From Octopus sinensis (taxonomy: Eukaryota): a stretch of DNA of 64,000 nt. This document shows, piece after piece, positions 14,039 through 28,460 of this stretch. The translations under genes and the position numbers were made by a program. Position 1 is the first letter of the stretch. Each line of letters opens with the position of its first letter. The DNA is taken from contig NC_043000.1 of assembly GCF_006345805.1 (NCBI RefSeq), positions 53,072,001 through 53,136,000 on the forward strand. Reading direction: 5' to 3'. The notes under the pieces are model-generated. The model was given only the letters and a program-made list of their open reading frames with translations, did no database searches and was not told the origin of the DNA.

Positions 14039-14039
14039 C

Positions 14040-14040
<1 letters not shown>

Positions 14041-14126
<86 letters not shown>

Positions 14127-14165
14127 GTGTGTGTGTGTGTGTGGTGTGTGTGTGTGTGTGTGTGT

Positions 14166-14217
<52 letters not shown>

Positions 14218-14227
14218 TGTGTGTGTG
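14041..14227. repeat. (TA)n-(TG)n microsatellite
   Basis: Direct reading. Confidence 0.95.
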
Positions 14228-15338
14228 GCGTTTTATCTATATATTAGGGCATGGAAGCAATGAGATGGCTACTAATGGTAACTCAGATATGTCTTTTACA
14301 AATTTTCGGTAATGCGATGAACGATATCTAGCTTCAAAGAATCAAAGAAGAGACGAATTCTCGGTGCGGTTGATTAAATCCTTTGGGTCTCTTTGGCTGC
14401 ACATATACCTTGTGCTATGCGAAGTCAGTGGGCACAATTTGAGCACATAGACTACGGGAATACATTGTGAGACACTAGACAATTTCTCTTAGAGAACACT
14501 CTGTAATCTTAGTGATAAAACAAAAGCACGGACTTGAGACGAGAAACATCACTTTAGAATCGCTTCGCACTGTCACAATTAATTTGGAGTTAAACATTAG
14601 TTATAAGGACAATTTGAATAATTATCTGGAAATGAAATTGCTGTGATTAAGAACCATGAACTTCTTGCTTTGAGCATGAATATATCTATATATATTTTTG
14701 CGAGTGTGTGTGTTTCTATGATTATAGTCACGCATTCACGCACAGTATAGATTTATCAATCCTCTTCTTAATGGGTTATATATAGACATAGCACATTACT
14801 TGAGAGACCCCTTGCTTGTAAAAAGTTATATTATCCCTAATAGCGATTTTATGGTCTAAGAAATTACATTTTATAGACAATGCATTAACCACACATGTAG
14901 ATCTTATGTTTGGTAATTCAGCGTTCCGTTTAGGAGTGTGCGTGCACATGACTACGAGCAAGCTATAGTTCGATGGAAGTTCTTTGAAGTCAAGGATATA
15001 TTCTTTAAGTGAGAATATTTTTATGTATAAAATAAATTGTATTGTAAGTTGTAAGAAATGTTAATATTTTCCAATAATGCAGGTTGCATAAAACAGTATA
15101 AAACAACAAAAAAACGAATCTTATATCAATATTAAAGCGATGCTTCGGGCGCGGGCGCACACACATAGAGAAACACACGCGCACTGTTTCCTTCTTTCTT
15201 TCTTTCTTTTCTCTCTCTCTCTGTCTCTATATATATGAATATACATACAAATATACATATATATATATATGTTATATAGTTATTCACATGTGCACACATG
15301 CGCAAACACATCTATGATGTATGTATGTATGATGTATG

Positions 15339-15413
<75 letters not shown>

Positions 15414-16221
15414 CCATATATATCCATAATATCATTACATGTGTGTGTATGGGTGCCTATCATTTTGTTATATTGATTTGAGTTGTTTATTCCACATGCG
15501 ACACTCAAGTAGTTTACTTATAACTTCGTAAATTAGGTACAATTCATCTGTAAGGCAAACACGATGAACTTAAATGCAAGTGATTCAGCTCCTGCATGCG
15601 ATTGTAGTATTTCCTTATGAACAAATATGACTATGTCTGAGGAGATGCCTCATAACAAGAATACGTTTCCTTTAATACTGCAACACGTGGTTTCATGAGT
15701 TTGTGGCTGATCACATACATACATACATAATTGCGGACGTGTATATTTGTACATTTACAGACTCAGATTAATACTTTTGCATATTAGTACATACAGCTAT
15801 TTTACCACATATTCCCGTTCACATACGAACGCACGTACAAATATGTGTGTATGTATGTATATATGCTTGTGCATTGAGACTATAGTTATGTATGTAGTGG
15901 GGTTTCTGTGTGCTTCTATGTCTGTGTATCTGTGTGTTTCATGAAAGTGTGGGTAAGAGAGGCGAGTAGTTGCATCTTAGAGTGTAACACAGAAATGCTG
16001 AAATATGTTTTCACAATATAGATATAAATTTACATTCAGGAAAGAAGGGATTACTTAAAAATATTGCAATAGGCAAGCAAGAAAACTCAAACATGTGAGC
16101 CAATAATTATATCGTGAATGGAACATTGAATATCTCTTGATAAGTAGCCAATGTATAGACTCTAATTGGGCACAATCTAGGAAAACATGCTTCAAAGGTA
16201 CTATAGTTCTCTGTGCAAGAT

Positions 16222-16255
16222 ATTTACCTCCATTTGAGAATGTAACTTAACGTAT

Positions 16256-16323
<68 letters not shown>

Positions 16324-16457
16324 ATATATATATACATACATATATGTATATATTTATATATATATATACATATATATATATACATATATATATGTGTGTG
16401 TGCATGAATGTCTATGTATGTACATTATATGCATAAAGATAGGTAGATAGACAGACA
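16222..16457 (+). repeat. Segment also present inside the mariner 5' UTR (24562-24885)
   Basis: Unique flanks atttacctccatttgagaatgtaacttaa and gtgcatgaatgtctatgtatgtacatt..atgcat..agataggtagatagacagaca are shared around a variable (TA)n core. Confidence 0.85.
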
Positions 16458-16479
16458 CACGTGATGAATAAAGATTCGA

Positions 16480-16496
16480 ATGTGTATATAAATGCA

Positions 16497-16547
<51 letters not shown>

Positions 16548-16556
16548 GCATATATG

Positions 16557-16597
<41 letters not shown>

Positions 16598-16673
16598 TAT
16601 ATATATATACAATGTTCATATGTTCAGAAACATACGAACTTACATACATATATGTTAGTCACAGTCATCTTAC

Positions 16674-16710
<37 letters not shown>

Positions 16711-17135
16711 CATACGTATATATATATGTACATATATATGTGTGTGTGTGCGTGTGTATTTCGTGTGTGTGTCTGTGTGTATATATGTGTGTAGCAATGT
16801 GTGTGCAAATATGCATGCAGACAAATATTTGCAGTCAATCCTATTATGAAATGTATATCATGTTTACTAAACTCATCAAAGAAAATAAACAAGTTCAAAG
16901 TAGGTGCATCTTTTCTGATAATCGATATTAACAAGACAGAGCGTAAGTTAGAGAATTAGTAAACAAAGGTGATTTATTACATGAATTCTGAAGCAGTGTA
17001 TACTATGCGATACATGTAGATGTCTGATAACCCCTCATATCAAGATCTAGGTTATTGTTTCTGTTGTTGCTGTTATATCGATTGCAGATCAATTATAGTT
17101 ACCTGGTTACGAATTTGTATAGTCACAAATAACAT

Positions 17136-17222
<87 letters not shown>

Positions 17223-17240
17223 AGTGTGTGTGTATGTATG

Positions 17241-17310
<70 letters not shown>

Positions 17311-17439
17311 TATACATAAATGTATGCATACATTATTTATATTATTATATGTTTCAATGCCACGCATCCATTTCCAAGTAAACTGTTATATATATATATA
17401 TATTCTATATATATACATATAATATATATATATATATAT

Positions 17440-17526
<87 letters not shown>

Positions 17527-17556
17527 TATATATATATAATATATATTATATATATA

Positions 17557-17636
<80 letters not shown>

Positions 17637-17653
17637 TATATATATATATTATA

Positions 17654-17706
<53 letters not shown>
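16480..17706. repeat. Cluster of long (TA)n microsatellites interrupted by short unique stretches
   Basis: Direct reading; longest tract ~17385-17706. Confidence 0.9.
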
Positions 17707-17710
17707 TGTA

Positions 17711-17940
17711 GAGGCGCAATGGCCTAGTGGTTAGGGCAGCGGACTCGCGGTCGCAGGATCGCGGTTTCGATTCTCAGACCGGGCGTTGTGTGTGTTTATT
17801 GAGCGAAAACACCTAAAAGCTCTACGAGGCTCCGGCAGGGGGTGGTGATCCCTGCTGTACTCTTTCACCACAATGGCGGTGCCCCAGCATGGCCACAGCT
17901 CAAGAGCTGAAACTGGAAAAACGAAAACAAAAACAAAAAT
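17711..17940 (+). mobile_element. tRNA-derived SINE
   Basis: Pol III A box TGGCCTAGTGG (~17720) and B box GGTTTCGATTC (~17763), a GC-rich body, a LINE-like 3' end (gccccagcatggccacagctc..gagctgaaact) and an A-rich tail. Confidence 0.8.
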
Positions 17941-18174
17941 ATGTATGTATGTATTCCAAAATCCAATTCGAATAACAGAAAAATAGCATTCTGCCAACAC
18001 ATCGACATTTCCGCCAATAACAAAAATCCAAGCTTCAGAATGTTTACCCCTCTATCAATTCAGGGAGGATACAACCTGTTCCCAACGAATTAGTAAAGAG
18101 TCCCTCATTATTACAACATACATATCCCTTTTGAACGCATCCACAACAAATAACATGTCGACCTTAGAAGAAAC

Positions 18175-18560
18175 ACACACGCAAATATTAAAAATGATAC
18201 ATTAAAAAGAAATACCCAAGAATTCATAAAAAAAAGCATTCCCAGTCGCTGCTATAATCCAGAAAGATTCACCTTTAAATCCCTTGACCATTTAACATCC
18301 TACTGCTATCCTACTATCCGGCATTTTTTATTATTCTATCTCCTTCTTCGTTTTCTTCTTCACCTCCGCCACCTCCTTCCTTACTTTACTACTACTGCTG
18401 TTTAGAATAACACCTACGCTAATATTTTAAACAATACATTCAAAACAGATATCTCAAGAATTTAATCACTACTACCATTCACAACAAGTGACTTTCAGAG
18501 CACTTGACCATTTAACATACTACTACTCTCATAGCACTCCCGCATTAGTTCCTGCTTCTT
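18175..18560 (+). repeat. Degenerate tandem duplication (~235-bp unit), each unit running into a CTT-rich tract
   Basis: acgc(t/a)aatatt..aa..atacatt.aaaa.a.ata.c.caagaatt and cttgaccatttaacat.ctact.ct each occur twice (about 18180/18416 and 18283/18503). Confidence 0.6.
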
Positions 18561-18772
18561 CTTCTTCTTCTTCTTCTTCTTCTTCTTCTTCTTCGTCTTC
18601 TTCTTCTTCTTCTTCTTCTTCTTCTTCTTCTTCTTCGTCGTCGTCGTCGTCGTTATCGTCTTCTTCTTCGTCCTCATCGTCATCGTCGTCTTCTTCTTCT
18701 TCTTCTTCTTCTTCTTCTTCTTCGTCGTCGTCGTCGTCGTCGTCGTTTTCTTCTTCTACTTCTTCTTCTTCT
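18556..18772. repeat. (TCT)n/(TCG)n trinucleotide microsatellite
   Basis: Direct reading; produces the spurious poly-S, poly-E/D and poly-K ORFs. Confidence 0.95.
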
Positions 18773-20579
18773 CTTTCACAGGATCTTGAACCCACAAGAG
18801 CAAACAAGAGGCAGGCAGAAACAAGGAAAATATCCCTTGTATTTGAATACTATGCAAATATTCTATTAAGATTCTTTTCATTTAATTTTTCCAACATTTA
18901 ATTGTTTTCCATACATACAGTTGAAAAAGTATCAATGAATGAAATCGGTACTGAAATGTTTTTTATAAATTTATTTTAGCATTTTCTACCTTGACTTTTT
19001 CCTATATACATCAACTTGCGTGTTCCTTTTCAACCTCCTACATATCCTTACCCCACATGAGATACAAAAACAAAATGCCAACAAAAAGCAGACCCCATCA
19101 CTACCATAAATGACGTAATACTGAAAGAATTCAAGAGAATCAACACAAATCTGTTAACGTTTTTGAACAACAAGTAAAAAACATTATTTCTGAAGAAACT
19201 TCCCTACTTTTCAAAAGGCTAAAAGTGAACATTGGAAGTGTGTAGCATTTTGAAAGTGGTGAGGTGATGGGTAAAATTCTTAAAGATTCGTACTCTCTAT
19301 TTTTTTCTCCGTGGATTACTCTGAATAAAAGTTTGGAAAAAGTAGAAAAAATTATTTGGTGTGGAGAGGGAGAAAATAACAATTTTGAGAACGTGTTTTG
19401 TGGGTGAAATCCTTTTTTCCTGTATCGCAAACATAGGATTGGGAACAAAATGAGGTAAAAAGTAAGAGAAGCGGGGCGGAAATGTCACTTCAAACATGCT
19501 AAAAAGAAGTGGTAAAGGACAGGATTTCTGGGAAAACTTTAAAGTTTATATCGAACAACAGGTTTTTAAATACGCTCATCACAAACACAAATTACATAAT
19601 AGAGAAAGATCATTTGAACTGGATTTGAACTGTAAATTCCCATGTGCACACTGCAAGAATTAATATAGTTCGCACAGAAGTTTTACCTAGAGTGTGTGTA
19701 TGCATGTGTGTGTGTTAAAGGAAGTTATTTGATGGCATTCTTTCACTTAAAGAAGCAAAGTAGTCAACTCGAAATATATGGGATCATATGATTGTTCGTT
19801 AATTGTTTTAATTTCTGTATGCTTTGAAGAATGATTTCTTTATAGAGATCAAAACCTCATACCACACATAAGCTCACCTTTTCCATCAAAATGACGTTTT
19901 CTGAACAGTTGCATGGTATAGGATGATTCAGGTGTAGAAGTGGTCGTAGATTAACGTGAGACGAAGTGTTTTGTTCAAGAACCCAAGGCAACACACCACA
20001 CGGTCTAGGAACTGAAATAAAAATTGCTAGAGCAACACCCTAACCAGTAAGTCGTGCGCCCTCATATAAATGTGTGTGTGTATGTGTGTGTGTGTGAGTG
20101 TGTGTAAGTGTGTGTGGGTGTTTGTGTATGTATGTGTATGTATGCATCTATATATGGTGGGAGGTGGGAGTGTAAATGTAGAGGCTTTTGTGTGGGTGTT
20201 GGATACCACCAATTTCGTCGCATGGCGCTCCAAAAGAAGTTTGCATGTTTATGCGAGATCGAGACTTTGTTCAAATAATACAAATCTTTCAGTTGATCTT
20301 GAGTGCATAATTTATAGTGTTTTATGACTTATAGTCAGCGAACCTACATTCATTGAGAATTAATGCAGTATCTGTTCAAATGTTTTTGCGATAATCATTG
20401 TAACATTCAAGTTAGATTCGATCTTGACCTCGCACTTCAACCATCTTTTACTCTTGTTTTCCCACCCGTCATGGATTTGTCCTCTTTGAATTATTTTGTT
20501 ACTCATTCTGAGAACAAGAACTCTCTACCTTAATTCTGATATTAAAAGAAAGTAAGTGGGATATTAAAAGAAAGCGACC

Positions 20580-20900
20580 AGTTTCATTTCCATGAAATAG
20601 TTCAGTACATGGAATGTTGTAATTTGCGCAGCTTACTAAAATAGTCTGACGATATCCCTTGTGAAAAACATCAAACCTGTCGATATATGATCGCTAATAT
20701 ACTCAATATTCCTTTTCTTGCAAAAGAGTGCAAATAATTAGGGTCCGGTATACATAAATCATTGTTTCATACGAGAATACCCCCTCACAACACATGTGAG
20801 GAATTTTTCGAAAATCATTTGAAGCTTTGGCTATACGGTTGATTATTTCATCATCAAGCGAAGCACTTAAGTTCACTCTTCTCTTCAAATTTTTCAACGC
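20580..20900 (-). mobile_element. RTE-clade LINE fragment (post-RT region)
   Basis: SLDDEIINRIAKASNDFRK...YETMIYVYRTLIICTLL matches the RTE/BovB pattern D.EI..RI.KAS.AF...TK..VY..V...LLYG. Confidence 0.65.
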
Positions 20901-20924
20901 CCATCAGGTAATATGTATGTTTGT

Positions 20925-21075
20925 GTGTATATGTTTGTGTGTCTGTGTTTGTTCCCCCAGCATCGTTTCACAACCTATGCTGGTGTGTTTACGTTTCCGT
21001 AACTTAGCGGTTCGGGAAAGGGACCGATAGAATAAGTATAGGCTTACAAAGAATAAGTCCTTCTGTCGATTTGAT
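20925..21075 (+). mobile_element. SINE family B fragment
   Basis: gtgtctgtgtttgttcccc...gctggtgtgtttacgt..ccgtaacttagcggttcgg...gaccgatagaataagta..aggcttac; reverse-complement homolog at 57700-58030. Confidence 0.6.
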
Positions 21076-21879
21076 GAAACAAGTAAAAGAGTAAAATATG
21101 TATATATATCAAGCAAAGTATAGTAGGGCCGTGTTGAAATAGCAATAAATTACTTTAAATATGTGTGTGTGTATGAGAGGAAATGAATCTAATCCTATTG
21201 GTCAGATGTCTGATTTCTGTGGATGTGGATGTGTATACGTGTGCGCACGTGTAAATGGACGGACGCACATGCATGTGAATGCATACAGGTGTGCGTGCAA
21301 AAGTATACTTATCAATGTGGTGCATGTCTGTTTGTTCGTGACTGTAAACGTTCACAGACACAAGGTCAAGAAGCCTGATTCTGACCATGGCATCAAACTT
21401 GACTGCCATAGCGACCAGAAATCGAAGCTTTACATATACACAAAATGCCTCCTCTCCATACACTATTTTTTTAAAAAATGCATTTTAAATAATTCTTATC
21501 AATAACGCTATTGATTCATATTAAGCGATATGTGTTTATATTCTTGCATTCTTGTATTTGCTTCTTAACCAACTCCTCCTCACTAGCACACATGTACCTG
21601 ACCTCCCGAACTGCTAGAATCTCTCAATATCACATTTTACTCTGAAGTGAAATCGGAATGTACATCCGTGAACTCATAAACATATTATGCCACCCGAAGA
21701 GGCTTTTATGCATTGTGCGGTGCAGCTGGTGTTATTGCATCGCTCCACACCTACAATGGAACAGTGCAACTTAAACCCGGAACAATTGTGCTAATAAATG
21801 ATTTTGTTATACTTTGTCTACTCCATTAATCTTGAAAAAAGATATATATACATACATATATATATACATATATATGATT

Positions 21880-23240
21880 CCTCTGCGCATGTATATAAGT
21901 AATATTGCTATTGGGTTTATGGTATGGTTGGTAAGCTGAAGTAGTGAGGTTAAAATTTGCATCCAAGAATTTCACAGATGTGTGATCCTGCTGAATGTTG
22001 ATGGTAAGTGATGGCTTTTGAAACATGTATGTAATCTCTTCGGATAGATTTCGATTTTACAGTCGGAGGCATTTCGGATTACAAACAGAGCATCATCCCT
22101 GTAAAGATCACCCTCAAATTCTAGGAGCCCTTTATGGAGTAGGTGTAGTAAATAAATCCCGACTAAGTCTTTGACTGCGGCTCAATCTTGTGCGCCCATT
22201 CGTATATCAAATAAATCTGGTGTGTCCTTTCTAGTCTGAAATTTTCCTTCGTGATCAATTAAGGTCTTTCTCGCCTCAACTATAAATTTTATTTCTTTCA
22301 TTGATAAGTTAGTCATATTCTTTGCGAAAACAAGAGCCGTATTAAGTAGAATAGGACAAATCGATTGATTATAACTATCAATGTCAAATTGGATGAATTT
22401 TGATTTCTTCTTGTCAATCAAGTATTGAAACCGTTTAATAGTTTTCAGTCTGTTTGACCATAATTGTAATTTAATTTTAGATTTAAGTACATTAAGGTAT
22501 TTATCCCGAATAAGTTTACTAAGTTTCCCAATATCTTACAAGGACAAAAAAGCCACATTTTGGACCTGAATGAAAATTTGGTTTATGGTCCTTCAGGGTA
22601 ATCCTGGTTCTAGAAGTTTGGTGTATTTCGGTGACGTCATCGATTTTGTAATCACTCATTATCTTCTTAGCTATTAAGTTGTTGCTTTTATGAACATTTT
22701 TGTTAACGACTTTATACTTGGTGGTTATCTCTTTATGTAGAAGTTTATTATATAAATCAATATTAACACTATATAGGTTTCCTGCTTTATCTGATTGGAC
22801 AAAAATACCTTGTGCTAGTGTAAACTGGTTCACCTTATTCCTCAAAATTCGTAGGTGATTCTTCCTTGGAATATTTTTCTTAAATTTAATATTGCGTCGT
22901 AGGTTCCATAGATCGTCTTCAAAATGTTCTATTATCCTAATTGCAGGTGGGGTTCTGAATTTAAAATTCTTTCTAATATCTGAGAGTTCGTTCTTGGTAT
23001 CCAATTTTATTTCCTTTGTAACATTCTGTTTTCATACAGATGAAAATGACTATGCACAAATTTAATTATAATTAAAATGGCTATAATTTTTTCTTACATA
23101 TTTGTATTGTCCTTTGAAATTCGCGTATATATTGAATCCTGTTTTGTATTAAATCTAATTTTGATTGAACATCTTTTTCTACTCCATTTTTCTATAATTG
23201 TTTATGGTATTCTTATTACCATAACAATATTTTCAACTGC
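21880..23240 (-). mobile_element. Penelope-like retroelement RT pseudogene
   Basis: Fragments in order: FVQSDKAGNLY, RITLKDHKPNF, FIQFDIDSYN, DLFDIRMGAQD, EGDLYRDDAL (~22090-22115), VKFLDANFNLTTSAYQPYHKPNSNITYIH. These are the PLE RT motifs, with multiple stops and frameshifts. Confidence 0.85.
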
Positions 23241-23243
23241 ATG

Positions 23244-23280
<37 letters not shown>

Positions 23281-23309
23281 ATGTATATATATGTATATAT
23301 ATATATGTG

Positions 23310-23356
<47 letters not shown>

Positions 23357-23553
23357 ATAGGTGAATGAATTATCCTATGTTTATCATCAGCATGGAAAAT
23401 TCGTTGAACCGATACCAGGGTAGCAAATTTGCGTCAGAAACACGGTTGAAGCAACCTGACCAAGGGTAGAAACTTCAGGGTCATTTGCAGAAATGTGTGT
23501 GTTATATATAAATACATGAAAGAATGGAGTCGAACGAAGATGTTAACAAAATT

Positions 23554-23646
23554 CCTTTACTCTCGACATATGTTTCGAAGACCACATGGTTTCATTCCAA
23601 AAGAATAAAGGGTGTATGATGCAATCTTCTCATCAGGAAAGAAAGG
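23554..23646 (-). ncRNA. Type I hammerhead ribozyme (intact core)
   Basis: Minus strand: CCUUUCUUUC-CUGAUGA-GAAGAUUGCAU...AUGUGGUCUUC-GAAA-CAUAUG-UC^GAGAGUAAAGG. Stem I is 10 bp with one bulge, stem II is 11 bp including G-U pairs, stem III is palindromic, and the cleavage site is GUC (between 23565 and 23564). Confidence 0.85.
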
Positions 23647-24189
23647 GAGCCTCTCTCGTCAACAAGACTAACAAAAATTTCGATGACTGTCTACATGGTA
23701 AACAACACGACAATAAGTGATTTTTTTAAAAAACCGTTAGAAGATTTGACGTCAAAGTTAGATAGTAGGAAGCGAAGGGTTAAAGGAATGATAGGTAGGG
23801 AACCAGAGGAAAGGAAGGGTATGTTGATTAAGAATGTTCAAAGACTTAGGAAAGAATTTCACTATTGAAATCCTATAAAAGTAAGCACTGGCAGAAACAT
23901 ACTTTTTACTCTTACAAATGATCACGATAGGCATCGTGCTTTGAACAATTAGCTTAACATACACTCCACTTCAATAGTGAAATTCTTTCCTAAGCCTTTG
24001 AACATTCTTAATCAACATACCCTTCCCTTTCCACTGGTTCCCTTCCTATCATTCCTTTAACCCTTCTCTTCCTACTATCTAACTTTGACGTAAAATCTTC
24101 TAACGATTTTTTAAACCACTTATTGTCGTTTTGTTTACCATGTAGACAGTCATCGAAATTTGTGTTTGTCTTGTTGCTGAGAGAGGCTC

Positions 24190-24282
24190 CCTTTCATTCC
24201 TGATGAGAAAATTGCATCATGCACCCTTTATTCCTTTGGAATGAAACCATGTGTTCTTCGAAACTTATGTCGAGAGTAAAGG
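24190..24282 (+). ncRNA. Type I hammerhead ribozyme (second, partly mutated copy)
   Basis: CTGATGA 24200-24206, GAAAC 24260-24264, GTC 24269-24271. The core is intact, but there are mismatches in stems I, II and III (CTTATG instead of CATATG). Confidence 0.7.
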
Positions 24283-24321
24283 AATTTTGTTAACAGCTTC
24301 GTTCGACTCCATTCTTTCATT

Positions 24322-24371
<50 letters not shown>

Positions 24372-24502
24372 CGAATATACGTACTAACCAACATGCACAC
24401 CAACATAATAAATATAGAGACAGCGACATATGTTGACAAAGAGATAGACAGGCAAACAGGCATATAGCTGTAGATTATCCCGGTTTGACATCAATATTCA
24501 TA

Positions 24503-26109
<1,607 letters not shown>

Positions 26110-27622
26110 TATCTAGGGAATACGCATTTGCTGCTGCTTATCGGATTTCATATCTGCCTTGCCATTTAATAAATTTCCCTTGTGTGGGGAGGAAATCTCC
26201 ATAGATTTTACTGGGTGTCCTGATTTCAAATATATTCGAAAGATTAAAGCGCCGCAGCATCTCACTTCCATAGGTGTATGTGCATCTGAGTACCTAAAGT
26301 TGATTACAGAACGATAATCCCATGAGTACAGAATATTATACTTACTGGACGTGTTAAGTGTGCGTATATCTTTGCATAAACGCGAAAAAATTAACTCAAT
26401 ACGTGATTTTCTTTATATTTCATAACGAAAAACACAGCTTGTTAGGTTCTTGGGCATTGGGTAAGGTAATCATCTTTGGCATTGGTGAAATGCAATTGAA
26501 TTTATTGCCGACAAATAATTATCTTTACAGAATTGAAATCAAACGGTCTGCATTCAGAAATTTTCGGAAATTACTGAGAAATAGTAATGGAATTTATAAC
26601 TGGCATATTTATTTTCCTCATCAACACAAAAATATTTCTACCAGTGCTCGATTTCCTTTTAATATTTATGCTTCTTTGAACTTTTCTTGTCTTTTTATGT
26701 CGAACAGCAAGTTATTCTACACGAAGGGAAATACTTTTTCATCATATGTACATATGTTAATTGAGAAATGGTTATTAGTAATCCATTTCCCCCTGCAATC
26801 AGTTAGATTATTTCAGTAGCAGTGATAGAAATCGCTAGATCATTTTGATCCAGTTAGTTATAGAAGTTATTTTATTGCATGAACGTGGATGTACGTTATG
26901 TTTATATTTTTAATTTGTTTATTCCACAAATAAAACTAATTTACTATAAACATTCGTTCGAAGCAAATACGTCGCTGTATTTCTAATTAAAGCTTTCCAT
27001 TCGCTAAATGTTAATCAGGGTCATTGTGATGGTTTATGAATTATTAACAAGTAGAAAAGCCACACATTTTAATACTGTAATGATGTTAGTAAAACATGTT
27101 GGCAAAAGTAATAATTTAATGACGATACGTGAGTGATGCATGATGCTATGATTAATTATCTAACTCAAGGTTGACTTCAAAATACATTTCCAAATACAAA
27201 TTCAATTCCGTGCAATTAGCAGCTGAAATAAATTCTTTAATTGGTATATTTTAATCCTCTGTATCATGCCTACAAATTCTAAATCTTGTATGATTATGTA
27301 GAGACAACATATATCTGTTCCGTTGACTTAAATACGGTGCGGCTTTTATTACAGTCTTATTCATTCATTTATTATAAATTCGTTTTACTTCAAGTTATTG
27401 ATTTATTGGATAGTAAATCTGAACAACTTAAGCTTCCATGTATTTATAAGAGAAAAAATACTGCATGCATTTAGTACATTTAGTAATTTCAGTTTTATAG
27501 CTTGTACCGAAAGTATACCATTTCTGATGTGTCTGATTGGCTGTAGTCTATGTTGAATCATACATGCTCTTTCAGCCTGATAATTAGTGTATCAGTGAAT
27601 ATACACAGTAAAAAAATTCTGC

Positions 27623-27653
<31 letters not shown>

Positions 27654-27714
27654 GTGTGTGTGTGTGTGTGTTGTGTGTGTGTGTGTGTGTATGTAATAGT
27701 GAGTGTAACATTTT

Positions 27715-28460
27715 AACTTATATAGGTTGTCAAATTACACTTTTTACGGAAATAGCTCTTCCTTTGTACAAAGGTATTACTTAATATTCTCTCCACTGCA
27801 AGTAACCCATTTGCATCATCGCTGAACGAAACACGTGAATCCTCTTGGAAAATATTAAAGTATCCCCTGGAGTACTTTCTCCTTCACAGCCGCCGTTACC
27901 CCATCTTCTCCATCAAATCAATGATTCAGAACACTGTCCTTCATGAACTGGACAGGGGGAATTTGAAGTGGACAACTGACCAGACAAGTTCATCAATTGA
28001 CTTATTTGTTGCCAAATATGTGAGGACGTACGCATTATCATGATGAATGGCTGTCCTTTTCAGTTTCTTGTACGAGTTATATATCGTAATTTCTTCTTGA
28101 ATATTGTGGATTTCTGAGTGAATCTCAGTACGGTAGATACAATATACCTGTTCTAATCTCCCGCCATGATATCAAAGCATCCTTCCATTCTTCTTCGTTT
28201 ACGCCGTGTCTCGAATTTACGAAGTTTCCACTATGCAAATACTTTTCTATACTAAAGGTTTTAATCACATGTAAATAGCATTACTTTTGCTATGTATGTT
28301 ACGAAACGTAACTCTGTTTCCTATCTGAATTCTCTTTTATGAATGTTTTCTGAAGAATATACGGCAGTGTTTTCACAATAATTTAGATACGCCAAACACT
28401 CTTTTCGAATCCAAAATGTATATTTACTCCACTTCACGCTTTTTTACTTCATAAAAGCAT
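27715..28460 (-). mobile_element. Possible highly decayed mariner-like remnant
   Basis: Only faint similarity to a mariner C-terminal region; no clean motifs or paired TIRs. Confidence 0.25.

Larger units (their letters stand above)
23516..24320. mobile_element. Long inverted repeat (arms 23516-23869 and 23970-24320, 100-bp spacer); probable 5'-truncated PLE with inverted pseudo-LTR
   Basis: Arms of ~350 bp are about 93-94% identical by eye. Each carries a hammerhead motif and both outer ends abut TA repeats. The spacer reads ALAETYFLL...HRALNN* on +, weakly resembling a GIY-YIG ORF end. Confidence 0.8.

Noticed and set aside
15630-17030. Additional hammerhead-like strings (ctgaggag ~15637; ctgaagcag...gatacatgta ~16988)
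   Set aside because: GAAA core mutated and stems do not pair convincingly.
9522-17520. Many ORFs rich in YI/CV/HT dipeptides
   Set aside because: They are translations of (TA)n, (TG)n and (CA)n microsatellites, with no coding signal.
17711-17785. Possible tRNA gene
   Set aside because: A and B boxes are present, but there is no convincing cloverleaf or T-run terminator, and the sequence continues into a SINE body and tail.
18488-18901. Poly-Ser, poly-Glu/Asp and poly-Lys ORFs
   Set aside because: Artefacts of a stop-free (TCT)n/(TCG)n tract.
26358-26819. 153-aa ORF on +
   Set aside because: AT-rich low-information composition, GTG start, and no domain motifs or splice support.
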